A program made the translations under genes and the position numbers. From Laetmonice hystrix (taxonomy: Eukaryota), in assembly GCA_965235115.1 (NCBI GenBank), contig OZ249445.1, positions 14,818,001 through 14,882,000 on the forward strand: a stretch of DNA of 64,000 bases. The letters run 5' to 3'. The notes beneath the pieces were generated by a model that saw only the letters and a list, made by a program, of their open reading frames with translations, had not been told where the DNA came from and did no database searches. Positions 1 to 13,412 of this stretch are shown here, piece after piece (positions within the stretch are counted from its first letter, which is position 1; every line of letters begins with the position of its first letter).

Positions 1-699
1 CTCATAAAATAAATTTCATTAGTGCAGGCTGGGGATATGTGTCAGCATGTTTTTTAAGTATCTGTCTTGAGAAACGAGAAAGCACCAGCCGTTGTTGAGA
101 GGTTGTCATGAATTACGACAAGCACGCCAACATAAAGACGCAGGTATACCCAGTACATGCACTAGGTATATTCCCTGGTAGACGCGGTCCTACGTTGTGG
201 TGCGTGATGGTGTAAAATGCAGGCTTATAGGTTCCTTTGGTAACCTTTCTGCGTGTGGCACTTGGAATGAAACCACCATTACTCACTTGGAATGAGGCAG
301 GTGCAAAGTTGTGCTGAAGGGATCATTCCACTTTAATATGCGACCTGCAACTTGTGATGGACACTCGCACTATCAACGGCTCGTCACGACTGCATCTTGT
401 AGATACCTTCTTGTTGATTATTTATTAAACCGTTGTCTGTTACTGTACAGCTAATGGTTTATGTTCACTATTTCATTCGATTGATATCCACATGTATTTC
501 TTATCTGTAACCAGTTGTAGGTTATATGTCGTCATCTGAATTCATGCACGTTTCGTATATTGATGACTTTACTGTTTGACTCAGTGAGATTTGCATAGCC
601 TGCTCAATAAAAGCGTCAGGATTAAATGTAAATTTTATGTAAGAACAGGCGAGAGTGGTGGCGGGGGGGGGGGGTTAGATTTGATTGTTCATTGGGCGC

Positions 700-2500
700 C
701 ACGCCATGATTGTGACGTCATGACGTGACGCAAGCCTTGGCTCCTTCTGCTCGTGGCCAGCAGCCTGGAGGGACCAACTCAACATCAAGAACTGTAATGA
801 CGGTCAAATTGAGCTGAATCTTTAATCACCCAGCCATTGGTTTCATGTTGGCAGCTTATTTTAACGCTATCAATCGTATTGCGTTGGCGACGATTGTTGA
901 GGAGAAGTGGTGGTAAGTGGCCAGAGAATTATAATCCCGCAGGGTAAAAACGGGCGAATCCTTCCTGAGTGTACGCTCAAACGTTTATTTTTGTCTTCTG
1001 ATTGAGTGTTTTCAAGGGGCAGTGGCTGGGAAGCATGCAGAAAACGAATCTTGAGATGGATGGATTTGTTGAAGATGGATGATGTTAAGAGATGATGACG
1101 CTCATTACGAATAAACAGGAAAAACTCATCCAAGTAAAAGTTGGAAATATTACTTTCTCGAAGAGACAGTAGGACCGGATGTATGCCTTGTGGGACCCGT
1201 GTGGAGGAGGTTCGTTGTCTGAGCTATTATAATTGTGTCTAGCGTGGAGTGTAGAAACAGGTCACGGCGGATTGTCTAATTAGATTGAGAGAAAGGGAGC
1301 TAATATTGCATCACAAGATATGTGTGCGGATAAGGTAGTTAGAATGGTATGACGGGTACAACTATCACGTCCTGAGATGACCTTCAGACCGGGGAACCGA
1401 TTCTAGCTCAGTATCAATCATTTAGTTTCCTCTGATAGATTGTAAATCAAACTAATAAAACAAGATTCTAGGTTGTGGAATTCGCTGCGTGCGAGCGTCG
1501 GTTGGCAGTAATAGACACTGTTAAATCCTTCCAGTCGGGCAAGTCCGAGTGAGTCTGACGTAAAACAGTGAAACCTGTCATTTAAAACCTAGCAGGACCT
1601 CCGTCTGGTTGCTAATCCGCGCAGGATTAGGGGCGGTGCAGGGGTTACCAGGGGTGGGCTAGGATTAGGAGGAAGGTTAAGGGTGACGCTGGAAATGAAC
1701 TGGGAGGGTGTGTGGTGGCTGGAGGGAGGCGGTTCGGATCTGTATGGGTCATCAATAAAACTGAGCGCTAACAAGGGTTGGTCATAGCCTCGTCAGTTTG
1801 AGCTGCCACGCTTCCTCCGTCTTTGTTTTCCCCATGTGAGGGTAGATGTGGGAGGGTATAGTTTAGATATGTATGAATGTATAGTATGAAGTGGTTCCGG
1901 TGGGAATCCCATCAGCCGGTGCTAGTGGACGGACTAACCACGGAACTGGTCGGCAATCTATCTGTTGTAGCCGTCTTGGTGAGCGAGGTGTTCCTGTTAC
2001 CAACCTCCAACCCCTACCACCACTACCACCACCACTACCACCACTACCACCACCACATATGGCCACCAGGAGGTGTAGGCAGTAAATCCGCGCTTGTCAT
2101 TGCTTCTCGTGAAATATTCATGGCTGCTTGGAACATCCATCATAGCCCGGTGTCTCCTACCTCTCCCCCTCCCCATTACCGTCCCCGCACGGCAGGCCCA
2201 ACCCGTTTGACACGCTAAAGTGGATGGGAGGGGGAGGATACAGAAAACAGAATTTTTAAAAACTACATGTATACACACTGCAGAAATGAGACTTCATGGG
2301 AGCAATCTCATAAATGGATCCGACTCCGTAAATGGAGACTGAGGGTGTCCTCTTTAGAGCTGATTGAAGCTGACCAATTATATATGATTATAACCAACAA
2401 CCTGGTCTGACTGGCGATCTCAGGAGTCAGAATATCATGTATGTCTCTTGATCATTCTTTGAAATCAGTGCAGGAGTTGCTCATTGCGCTATGATTTCAT
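700..2500 (-). mobile_element. Possible highly decayed Penelope-like retroelement remnant
   Basis: Minus-strand fragments loosely echo PLE RT and GIY-YIG motifs (LNDRFHCF..YYCQ, a W-R-x-x-D-D-V-like stretch near 1370-1390, LDTII, YHHFSS). There are many stops and shifts, and the boundaries are approximate. Confidence 0.25.
2012..2056. repeat. (CCA/CTA)n trinucleotide microsatellite
   Basis: ctaccaccactaccaccaccactaccaccactaccaccacca read directly. Confidence 0.9.
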
Positions 2501-3041
2501 TTATTACCGATTTTCAGAGTGGAAGGGTTAACGTGAGCGAGGTGAGGGTTTATGTATTAGATTACCACCCAGGAGGTTGTGATGGGGGGGGGGGGGGCGA
2601 GTCAGGTGTAGAGATACGGCCCAGGTGGGTGATTAAAGTTAGGGAGCCAAGAGGATGAGCAGCGGCCCGGCGGGGCCCGTGATGGCCACTCAACTGGCCA
2701 CACTGGAGTAATTAGAGCGTCTCCCGCCAGGGTAGGCCTCCAGGGCAAGCCTTGATCTCTGCCTACAGTGGACCAGACCTCGTGAGGGTAATGTACAAGT
2801 ACCGGTATGCGTGGTCGGACCGGTGGCTGGGCTTTAGGTTGAGTACACAGAGTACTTTTATTGGGATTGTCTAAACCTGAGGGTAATGATTAGTCGTCGA
2901 GGGGATAAGATTGGATATAAAAATGTAATTAGTTAACTCGCAGCTATGTAGGTGAAAAAGTAGACTTTACGGTGGTTTAAAAAAATATCAAATAAGTTAA
3001 AGATTTTATAGCAAGGAAAGATGATTTTTATCCCTTGAAAT

Positions 3042-4005
3042 AATATGATCTGTGATGTTAGCAATGCCTTCCGTTCCCCGGGAAAGCCTACACTCGGTGA
3101 CCTGATTTACAATATGATTTGTGACGTTAGCAATGCCTTCCGTTCCCCGGGAAAGCCGATTCTCTGTGACCTGATTTACAATATGATTTGTGACGTTAGC
3201 AATGCCTTTCCGTTCCCCGGGAAAGCCTACTCTGGGTGACCTGATTTACAATATGATTTGTGACGTTAGCAATGCCTTCCGTTCCCCGGGAAAGCCTACT
3301 CTCAGTGACCTGATTTACAATATGATTTGTGACGTTAGCAATGCCTTCCGTTCCCCGGGAAAGCCTACTTTCGGTGACCTGATTTACAATATGATCTATG
3401 ACGTTAGCAATGCCTTTCGTTCCCCGGGAAAGCCTACTCTCAGTGACCTGATTTACAATATGATTTGTGACGTTAGCAATGCCTTCCGTTCCCCGGGAAA
3501 GCCGACTCTCAGTGACCTGATTTACAATATGACTTGTGACGTTAGCAATGCCTTCCGTTCCCCAGGAAAGCCTACTCTCGGTGACCTGATTTACAATATG
3601 ATTTGTGACGTTAGCAATGCCTTCCGTTCCCCGGGAAAGCCGACTCTCGGTGACCTGATTTACAATATGATCTGTGACGTTAGCAATGCCTTCCATTCCC
3701 CGGGAAAGCCTACTCTCGGTGACCTGATTTACAATATGATTTGTGACGTTAGCAATGCCTCCCGTTCCCCGAGAAAGCCGACTCTCTGTGACCTGATTTA
3801 CAATATGATTTGTGACGTTAGCAATGCCTTCCGTTCCCCGGGAAAGCCGACTCTCGGTGACCTGATTTACAATATGATCTGTGACGTTAGCAATGCCTTC
3901 CATTCCCCGGGAAAGCCTACTCTCGGTGACCTGATTTACAATATGATTTGTGACGTTAGCAATGCCTCCCGTTCCCCGAGAAAGCCGACTCTCGGTGACC
4001 TGATT
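3042..4005. repeat. 69-bp minisatellite, about 14 copies
   Basis: Unit ATATGATTTGTGACGTTAGCAATGCCTTCCGTTCCCCGGGAAAGCCTACTCTCGGTGACCTGATTTACA; gives the 23-aa periodicity in ORFs 3190-4020(+) and 3196-4017(-). Confidence 0.97.
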
Positions 4006-4329
4006 TGTGTCAGACACTGAAAAGCTTTCCTGTGAAGTTCCATTTGGGAGACAGATATCAAAGGTGTGATGGATTCGATAATACCCAGGGCCAGATTACA
4101 TCATATGGAAGGTTTGGCGTTGAAGTACCGTGGTAAGGAAATGATAAACGGCATCGAGTTCACGGTCTGGCTGTGGACCTCCCGCCTCCCTTTAACAAGA
4201 TACTGCGACAGGGACTCCGATGTGAAATGATGCCAATCGGGCACGGTTTTTTTTCTCTCTCTCTCTCTCCATATCGGGTAAGGGCAACTTCAAAGTGGTG
4301 TCATATGGTGCATGGTGCCTTATTAAATG

Positions 4330-6225
4330 CGGTGGATTTTATGTGATTTCCGTGATGCCTGTTTGTTGGATGCCGTCAGTTTGGGCTGATGTTGGTTGGT
4401 GCCGATAACATCTGTCGATGGTTGAAGTCCCAAGGCGAGGCACTCCCTCGAGCTGTGTACCTGAAAACGGTTGGTGCCGATGGCCAGGATTGACGCATTG
4501 TGTGCCTCAATGACAGTAATAGAGTATTTGTTGAATGTGTGGTTAAGGTTGCGTGAAGTATTGGTTGGGCGCCATGATGAGGCTCACTGCCTCATCATTA
4601 CAGACACTTGGCGAGTTATTGACAGGCAATCAGTTGGCTCTGATTTCTCATCGGAAAACTGGTCTTTCTTGTCCTACAGACGGCCTAAAACGGGCATTTT
4701 GATGGTGAGGCTGAACGGATGGTGGTTAGTGGATGTCGCCAGCGGGGCCGTTGATTCCGTCCTCGGAAAATCCTGTTGAAAAATACATGTACAATTCGTG
4801 ACGAATTAACGTTGATGCTGTGTGGTTGAATGGTGGACCAGGGGCGCGTTAGCTACGCAAGCCTTCCCTGGACATTTACCAATGTTTTTTTAGTCAAGGT
4901 TTCGTGGTCTTAGTCACATATCATACATGGACAGTAGTCATTGAATGACACTCCATGGCTCATTGTTATTAATGTAGTTTGACACTCTATGTTTATGTAG
5001 AGTTGTCTGTATTCAAAAAATTAATTCGGGTAACAGCGCACGTGTCTGATGAAGTTAATTAGGTTAATAGTATTTTTGCCAGACCCGACTTTGAGTTATT
5101 CTGGCATAGTTCCTGCGTCTTCCAGGAACATTTTTATTCGTAGAATTTGTTTCGGCTCCACCTGGCAATCGTTTCGGGAACTTTTAACAGATGACAGCGC
5201 AGAGGCCTGGAATCGTCTTTAAATAGGTAACCAGTATGCAGGAAAGGCGGAAAGCCCGAGCAAATATAATTAAGGCAATAGAAACTTTATTCTAGATTTT
5301 AAGTACAAAATGGAGCCATTTGATGTTCAACTTCCTTTGCTGGTGCAGTTGTAACCTATTGGATCTCCATATAAAAAACTGAAATAATTTGTGTAAATTC
5401 TGACCTTTTAAAGGAGAAATGATGTGCGAACTTAAGTGATTACAAAAAGGGCCACTCAGATTATTGTAGCAGATAGAAGAAAGAAACCAGACAGAAATCA
5501 ACCAGAGCCCTGAAGACTTGCAGTCTCCTAGCTAGTGGATGAAGCCTGATAATAAAGTTACTTTAATCTACTATGAAAATAAAACAACTGGGGATCTCAT
5601 TGTGTGATATAATCAATCCAAAATCCGTGATTGTCACCGCTCTGTTAACCCCCATTGGTGGGCTGAGTGAAGTTCGATGTCACGTTTATCTGAAACATCC
5701 CAGTTTTGTCCAAACGATTGAGCGATCAGCGTACGGGTCGACCATCCGGAAGATTCACTAGTTGTCTTGATGAAAGCTCCGACTGCAGTTGATGTGAGAT
5801 TCACAAATGTGCGGTAGTGATGCGTCAAACAGAATGAGGAGAGTTGGAGGGAGAGAGATCTCGGGGCGGGTACTTGCTCGCAGATCTCCGAGTCAAGGCC
5901 TGCTGTTAAAGTGAACGATGAGGAAATGGATTGCCGGTATAGCACTCTAGTTGGGCTGGGACGATCTGAGAGGGTCCTTTGATCGTGCTCACCAACAAGA
6001 TTTGCCTTCAAACGTCGTTTTGTTTTCTAGCCGGTTTAAAAGAGGAGTAGCGCTGTCGACAGAAACCAGTACAGTTCATCTTGTCAGAAGCCGAGTTGTC
6101 GGATTTTTATTTATTTTAAGGACACCAGCAGTGAGGTTTTTTTAGAAAAGAAAAAGTATGTATTAGTTAAAAGGGATTAGTAAGGAGTAAGGCAGTCGGT
6201 GCCACTGGCCAGCCAGCCTGCCAGC

Positions 6226-6275
<50 letters not shown>

Positions 6276-7480
6276 CATTGTTTACCCCCAGTTTGTGCCA
6301 GTCTTGTCGAGTGATATTGTTCCGCCTGTCCGGGCTGTCTCTATAGCTGTCTCACCAGTGCCGGTTGTCAGGTGAAGGCGCCGATTTAATATGAACGAGA
6401 AAAGGTATTGAATCGGACGTGGGCGCACACAGATACAGGAGATACTGCCATTACTGTCACCCACAAACACTACATACAATCGTCAGCCAACCCCCTCCAC
6501 CTCCCCCCTACGGCCTCAATATTCTTGATTGATGATGGAGCTCGATTCGGGGACGATCTTGAAAACTTTGTCGGCGTGATGATAAATGTGGGAAGTGGGG
6601 ATTGGAGAAATCTGTTGTCGTGCAGTCTGCTGTGAAGGTACTTGTATAATGCTGTCAGAATGATTGATACAACTTGAATGTTATCAGTAAATGTATTCGT
6701 CCTTATATTGCAAGAAAAGAATATTGCATGTGTCTGGTGCCTTATGTTGGATGGTTTTATGATAAGGCAGTCAAGCAAACCTTATGCAATATTCATTGCA
6801 TGTAGGAAATTTAGCTATTTTTTGCTTCGTCTTAATGTGAAATACTAAAAGCCATTTGGCTAATTATTACGACTTAATCCTGAGGTCATGGACTTAATAA
6901 TATAAGTTACCTAAGACTGACTTGGTGAAGTGATTGCATAATCTCAATAATACATGTTTAATCTGGCGTGTTAGCTGAACCATCAAGTTAACTGTAGAAA
7001 CTGAAAGTATTGTGTCGCCTGAGACAATAATTTGTTGATTTGAATGGCTGAGACCGTGGTCGACCTTGGGATCCTCACTCGGTGGAAGGCGTTGTGTGTG
7101 TGCTGCTCTGGATGTTATACTAGTGACAGATTGCCTCCAGCCTCGTTCTGACCAAACGGCCCTCACCTTCCTTCTCCCCTGTTCAGTTTCCATGGTAGCC
7201 CAGCCTGGGTCTCTGACCACTCTCTATATTTCATGGGTCTCTGGCCACTCTCTATATTTGTATGAGTTAGGCGCAGGATTCTTCATGCTCTGGTGGCCAT
7301 TTTTTTAATTACCAATCTCCTATTCAATTGATTTCCCTTGGAAGCTGAAGGCATTATGGAAATACTGTGGCGGTACTGGCTTGCAACAGATATAGACCTG
7401 CCTAGACTGCACAACCGTTTTGAGGAAATGGCTTCGACATCTGGTTTATTTGCAGAATTGCATTGGTGACAATAATCAGG
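4330..7480 (-). mobile_element. Decayed Penelope-like element (RT plus GIY-YIG) remnant
   Basis: Minus-strand motifs in the expected order: LHKLFQF (cf. L.HNYFQF), QMAPFCT*NL (cf. KMAPSYANL), LINFIRHV, INFLNT, ITRQVSVM (cf. ITCQVC), QP/NHTFNKYSITVIE (cf. HFN.PNH...SITVIE). Numerous stops and frameshifts; ends approximate. Confidence 0.5.
6208..6275. repeat. (GCCA)n tetranucleotide microsatellite
   Basis: Direct reading. Confidence 0.95.
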
Positions 7481-7953
7481 TAGATGTGATGGTTTGACGT
7501 CGGGAAGGCATTGTGGAGAGAGGTTGGGGTGAGCTGATAGAAGCCAAGGGTCACGGATTCGAGAATCTCGCAGCTTTATTGAACACGGTCTCGGAGAGAA
7601 TTGGGGGTCTCCGACTGTATGGGACGGTGTCCGCCAGGGGGCACTGTTCTCGGCCTCAGCCCACGCCCAACAGCCATCTTATATTCATGCATTTTGTTCC
7701 GAGATCAATAGTCCATGGGGACCCGCTTTGTTGGCAGTCAGAGGAGATAATGGGTAAAGAAGGCGCAATGGTTGAGGGGGGAGGGGTTCCGTTAAAATAA
7801 ATCCCCACAAAAAGACATCACCCCCCACCCCCCACCCACCCTCTTCCCTATGCAGAGGCGTGCACGCACTTAGAAATGATTGAGAAATATTTCGACCAAC
7901 ACCATGTTTACCTGTCTTTGTTTTAAGGACAGAGATTAGAGCGGAGGCTTTAT

Positions 7954-8415
7954 GAGGAGATTGGATGTTGGCAGGAGACTGTCAGTTACAGACTATGTAT
8001 TGTGAGGCTGCCTTTCCTTGAGGAGATTGGATGTTGGCAGGAGACTGTCAGTTACAGACTATGTATTGTGAGGCTGCCTTTCCTTGAGGAGACTGGATGT
8101 TGGCAGGAGACTGTCAGTTACAGACTATGTATTGTGAGGCTGCCTTTTCTTGAGGAGATTGGATGTTGGCAGGAGACTGTCAGTTACAGACTATGTATTG
8201 TGAGGCAGCCTTTCCTTGAGGAGATTGGATGTTGGCAGGAGACTGTCAGTTACAGACTATGTATTGTGAGGCAGCCTTTTCTTGAGGAGATTGGATGTTG
8301 GCAGGAGACTGTCAGTTACAGACTGTGTATTGTGAGGGTGCCTTTCCTTGAGGAGATTTGATGTTGGCAGGAGACTGTCAGTTACAGACTATGTATTGTG
8401 AGGCTGCCTTTCCTT
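7954..8415. repeat. 66-bp minisatellite, 7 copies
   Basis: Unit GAGGAGATTGGATGTTGGCAGGAGACTGTCAGTTACAGACTATGTATTGTGAGGCTGCCTTTCCTT; 22-aa periodicity in ORF 8002-8361. Confidence 0.97.
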
Positions 8416-8716
8416 GTCACTGCCCGCATACACACGATAAGGTGATACGGGTGAGCCGGGAATGATGACAGACTGTCGGAAGGAAAGACGGTCAGTTTAT
8501 TATACAAATAAAATCAGGATAGATACCATGGGGCCAGAATCAATATGAGTTATGATTTATCGGAGCAGTACCAGATATTAGAATACAATGAAAGTCACAA
8601 ACTCGCATCAACTTAATGTCATGACCTCCTCTTTTTGTACAAGAGAGAACCCCAAACTGATTTGTGTCAATGGAAATTGATGCTTTAGCCACACAAATGA
8701 ATCAGAATTGTTGAGA

Positions 8717-9061
8717 TTAATTTTGAAGGGATGAGAGGAGGGTCGAGTAATGGGAGGAAGTGTAAGTCAACAACCAGGCTTCATGTTTCGCACCCTTTTT
8801 CTTTCCTCCAAATGTATCAAGTTTGGTCCTTGGCCCCCTAGCGCACGTGAAGTAGATGATTTGACCCGCGCGATCAGTGCTGTAGACGATCCCAGCCAGG
8901 CCAGTGTTCGCTACGGCCTGAGGCTTGGTGTCAAACCAGGAATACATGTTGAAAGGGCTGTTGGCTCTCGGCCCCATAAAGGTTCTCTGCCTCATTACGC
9001 TTTGTCACGCCAGAGCACGGGTCGTGCACAATGTGAGGTCCCCGGCGGCCACTATGAGAGG
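8717..9061 (-). pseudogene. Candidate terminal exon of the unknown minus-strand gene (contains a stop or frameshift)
   Basis: Acceptor caacag| at 9062. Coding-like frame ...FNMYSWFDTKPQAVANTGLAGIVYSTDRAGQIIYFTCARGPRTKLDTFGG...* ends at TAA 8717. The upstream part needs either a TGA read-through or a 1-bp shift. AATAAA on the minus strand at 8496-8501. Confidence 0.4.
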
Positions 9062-9066
9062 CTGTT

Positions 9067-9743
9067 GTCAGCAGGACCCAGGCTGAGGACGGAGGGGGCT
9101 TTGGTCAGCAGGACCCAGGCTGAGGACGGAGGGGGCTTTGGTCAGCAGAGCCCAGGCTGAGGACGGAGGGGGCTTTGGTCAGCAGGTCCCAAGCTGAGGA
9201 CGGAGGGGGATGCAGGACCCAAGCTGAGGACGGAGGGAGCTTTAGTCAGCAGGACCCAGGCTGAGGACGGAGGGGGCTTTGGTCAGCAGGACCCAGGCTG
9301 AGGACGGAGGGGGCTTTGGTCAGCAGGGCCCAGGCTGACGATGGTGGGGGCTGTGGTCAGCAGGACCCAGGCTGAGGACGGAGGGGCTCTGGTCAGCAGG
9401 GCCCAGGCTGAGAACGGAGGGGGCTTTGGTCAGCAGGGCCCAGGCTGAGGACAGAGGGGGCTCTGGTCAGCAGGGCCCAGGCTGAGGACAGAGGGGGCTC
9501 TGGTCAGCAGGGCCCAGGCTGAGGACAGAGGGGGCTGTGGTCAGCAGGGCCCAGGCTGACGATGGTGGGGGCTGTGGTCAGCAGGACCCAGGCTGAGGAC
9601 GGAGGGAGATCTAGTCAGTAGGGCCCAGGCTGAGGACGGAGGGGGCCCTGGTCAGCAGGACCCAGGCTGAGGACGGAGGGAGATCTGTAATCAGCAGGGC
9701 CCAGGCTGAGGACGGAGGGGGCTTTGGTCAGTAGGACCCAGGC
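9067..9743. repeat. 37-bp GC-rich minisatellite, about 18 copies
   Basis: Unit GTCAGCAGGACCCAGGCTGAGGACGGAGGGGGCTTTG; starts at 9067, 9104, 9141 and so on. Confidence 0.96.
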
Positions 9744-11089
9744 GGTGAGAAGCAGGGTCGGGTTAAAGGGGGGGGGGGGGGGGGGGTTGTCCTGGACATG
9801 GCCATACAGTGCCGTGAGGGTGGACGGAGTTCAGCTGTAAACATGACCACAGCACCGAACATTCATCTGTGTGCAGCAAGGGGTGAACGACAGAATAGGA
9901 CGTGACAGCAATGGTAAAAGTCTAGGATGTATTTATGAAATATGATCGCGGGAGATTGGGAAATTGTGTGAAGGCAGACGATAACTAAGACGATCCACAG
10001 CCACCGACGACCTTGAACCAGTCTCAAAGTCCTGGTGGCTTCCACAGGTCGACCTGTCACACGGAGAGGTTGGATGCCGATTGATTTCCAACATAATGAA
10101 TTTCACTGGCGGCATATATCACTTCCAAGTCAGTGAATCCAGCCTTCTGCCGAATCCTACATGATTTTATTAACATGCTTCGCCAAGTTCATCCATCAAA
10201 GTTATTTAAGAAAATTGCCTGGTTTTTATTCTTTTGGAGGCCGCCACCAGAGAGCAGTTTATTGTACTATTATAGGGGACCACATAGGGAGTTTAGTATA
10301 TGAAAAAAAAGGTACAGCAGTGTAATGAAAAACGGGCGGTAATTATCTTGTGAACCAATATCTCATTCCCGGAGATAAAGAAGATGTTGGAACCCTTGCA
10401 GCCATTTGTTTCTCACTGCAAACAAGTGCTTTCCCGATACCAGTAAGAACTCGTTTGGTGAGATGGGGTCTGTGTATTTTGTATCTTACATGTGCTAATT
10501 TCTTTTCCAAAGTAGAACAGAGTACTTAGTATGGATTTTAGTTTTTTGTGTCAATGTTGTTCTCGTATCCGGTTGAACCAGCCAAGAGTTAATGTGAGTG
10601 GCAGTGCTTAGATCCGACATTATGTGTGTAATGAAAATGTTGACAAGGGAGTTTAGTAGTAAAGTCAGGCTGTGTCCGTGTGGATTCAGGGCATGCAAGG
10701 GATGTCATTGTGGGGCGGGGTTATTCTGATGGACTGCCAGACACGCTGGGCTCTATTGATTGGTACAGTCAGATGATGGGGAGGAATACCTCCGGGGATT
10801 GGTGTTACCGGGGGATGGGGTGGAGATGGAGGTAGGCGTTATTGGTACAGATAAGACGGTCAAGAAAGGTTGACGTTAATTGTTTAATTGATTAGATGTC
10901 TGCTGTGACGGTCATACTAAGGAGGTAATCGGATCGGTGTCGGGTTCGAATAACCATGACACCAGTCTTCTGGAGGAAATCCATTTTGAAGCTGATTCAA
11001 GATTTGTCTGGATTAGTATTATGAATTTGTGAAATTATTGGGACATGAAAATTTATTTGTCAGGGCATTGTTCACTAATTCGGCTGACC

Positions 11090-12088
11090 TGGCTGTGAAC
11101 GGACTGGGATGTCTGGCCGGGTCGTACCACAGCATGGTCCGGGTGAGGACTGACTGGGATGTCTGGCCGGGTCGTACCACAGCATGGTCAGGGTGAGGAC
11201 TGACTGGGATGTCTGGCCGGGTCGTACCACAGCATGGTCAGGGTGAGGACTGACTGGGATGTCTGGCCGGGTCGTACCACGGCATGGTCCGGGTGAGGAC
11301 GGACTGGGATGTGTTGCCGGGTCGTACTGCAGCATGGTCAGGGTGAGGACTGACTGGGATGTCTGGCCGAGTCGTACTGCAGCATGGTCCGGGTGAGGAC
11401 GGACTGGGATGTCTGGCCGGGTCGTACTGCAGCATGGTCCGGGTGAGGACGGACTGGGATGTCTGGCCGGGTCGTACCACAGCATGGTCCGGGTGAGGAC
11501 GGACTGGGATGTCTGGCCGGGTCGTACCACAGCATGGTCCGGGTGAGGACTGACTGGGATGTCTGGCCGAGTCGTACTGCAGCATGGTCCGGGTGAGGAC
11601 GGACTGGGATGTGTTGCCGGGTCGTACTGCAGCATGGTCCGGGTGAGGACGGACTGGGATGTCTGGCCGGGTCGTACTGCAGCATGGTCCGGGTGAGGAC
11701 GGACTGGGATGTCTGGCCGGGTCGTACTGCAGCATGGTCCGGGTGAGGACGGACTGGGATGTGTGGCCGGGTCATACCACAGCATGGTCTGGGTGAGGAC
11801 GGACTGGGATGTGTGGCCGGGTCATACCACAGCATGGTCTGGGTGAGGACGGACTGGGATGTCTGGCCGGGTCGTACCACAGCATGATGTCTGGCCGGGT
11901 CGTACCACAGCATGATCCGGGTGAGGACGGACTGGGATGTGTGGCCGGGTCATACCACAGCATGGTCCGGGTGAGGACGGACTGGGATGTCTAGCCGGGT
12001 CGTACTGCAGCATGGTCCGGGTGAGGACGGACTGGGATGTCTAGCCGGGTGGTACTGCAGCATGGTCCGGGTGAGGACGGACTGGGAC
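11090..12088. repeat. 50-bp GC-rich minisatellite, about 20 copies
   Basis: Unit GGTGAGGACGGACTGGGATGTCTGGCCGGGTCGTACTGCAGCATGGTCCG; period 50 visible at 11401/11451. Explains the repetitive ORFs 11075-12013. Confidence 0.97.
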
Positions 12089-12888
12089 CGGGACCAGAGA
12101 TGGATTCCCCGAGACCCTCGTCAGTTTATCAGGCGGGCCGGTTGGTGGATGCTCGTAAACAATATGCACACGATGGTTGGGAGGAATGAGGTAGCAATGA
12201 AAGATTCATGTTGGCTGCAGCATCGGGCGGATACTGGGAGGTGTCCTTATGTTTACGTAATCAGCTAAAGATGCTTCAACTGGCTGTGTGAATAGTGGAT
12301 GAGAGATTATCTACTCTGGTCCCAAGCCTCCTTCCTCTCCCCACCAGCGCCCCCAGCACACAACATTCCCAACTCAACGTACATTAGAAGGGGAATATTC
12401 ATAAAGGAGGCAGTCTGGAGACTCGTGAGGAGAACTCTAGAGGATCATTTACATGCGGGATCTCGTCTATTTTCGCTCATTGCTTTCTGTGGCCTTTAGT
12501 TTATGATAACGAGGATGGCGGAAATGTGTTGTGGTACAGGGCCTGAGTGTAACATCAAGCTTAGAGAGACATGCAAAGCAGTTGTGTCCTAGCAGGGCCT
12601 GCAGAAAAGGTATACAGTCATGTAATATAGTTATACCTCCCAATTACTTTAGTACCTTTGATAAATTCTGGTGAACAGTATTGTCCAAAGGGGAAAAGCA
12701 AATTGAAATTTGTTTTTCTTGTGCTATCTTTTTCGTGCTCTATCAATACAAGATATCTACTTTAAGACATATGGAAGTTCATTCTGACATCTCAGGAGAA
12801 GGAATAGACAGATAGTAGATATAGTAGAATGAGGAAGACATGGCAACAGATAAAATGCAGAGTTAGACAGCCAAGACCGGCCGTGATA

Positions 12889-13126
12889 ACCCTTTGTTGG
12901 GGAGGGCACCTGTTACTGGCCAGCCCACCACTCCCGCCCTGACCGACAGCTCATCCCACCGCGCCGATTGGCTGAGCCAATGTCACGTGAGTTGGTCAGC
13001 TCGGCTTTGACCACAGTCACCCCGTGTAGGAGGTTCTGTAACCAGCCGGTAGTCTGGTGAGAGGTCGGAAAGGGTAGGCGCGGGTACCGACAGACTCAAA
13101 GGTCTCAATAGGTGTGTGGCTGCCAC
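12889..13126 (-). pseudogene. Candidate exon of the unknown minus-strand gene, with frameshifts
   Basis: Acceptor ccccag|. Segments GSHTPIETFESVGTRAYPFRPLTRLPAGYRTSYTG, VTVVKAELTNSRDIGSAN and ARWDELSVRAGVVGWPVTG lie in successive frames joined at G runs. Donor g|gtgccc. Boundaries tentative. Confidence 0.3.
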
Positions 13127-13412
13127 TGGGGGCGCTTACTTGTGTCTGTGAGGGGTGGAGATGTGGGGGTGGGGGCACAGATGACTGTCTAGAACGGATC
13201 TCTAGGGGCATGTCTGTGCAGTGTAATTGAAGGTCGTGTTGGAGTCTGGTATCAGCACCAGATCCTGCGGATAAAGCTGTAGCTTATAGTCAGTGACCTG
13301 GTATGCTATGAGAATAAGAGGCCAGTCTGATTGAGACCAGTCTGATTGAGACGAGTGTTAGCCGGTGGCTGGCTAGGGCCGTCTGTGTGTGGGAAGTGGG
13401 CAGGTGTTGGCT

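Noticed and set aside
1877-2278. Poly-His, poly-Pro, poly-Gly and poly-Val ORFs
   Set aside because: They arise from the (CCA/CTA)n microsatellite read in different frames; no other protein features.
8002-8361. 119-aa repetitive ORF
   Set aside because: Translation of the 66-bp minisatellite; interrupted by a stop in a later copy.
11075-12013. Several long Pro/Thr-rich ORFs
   Set aside because: Frame-rotating translations of the 50-bp array.
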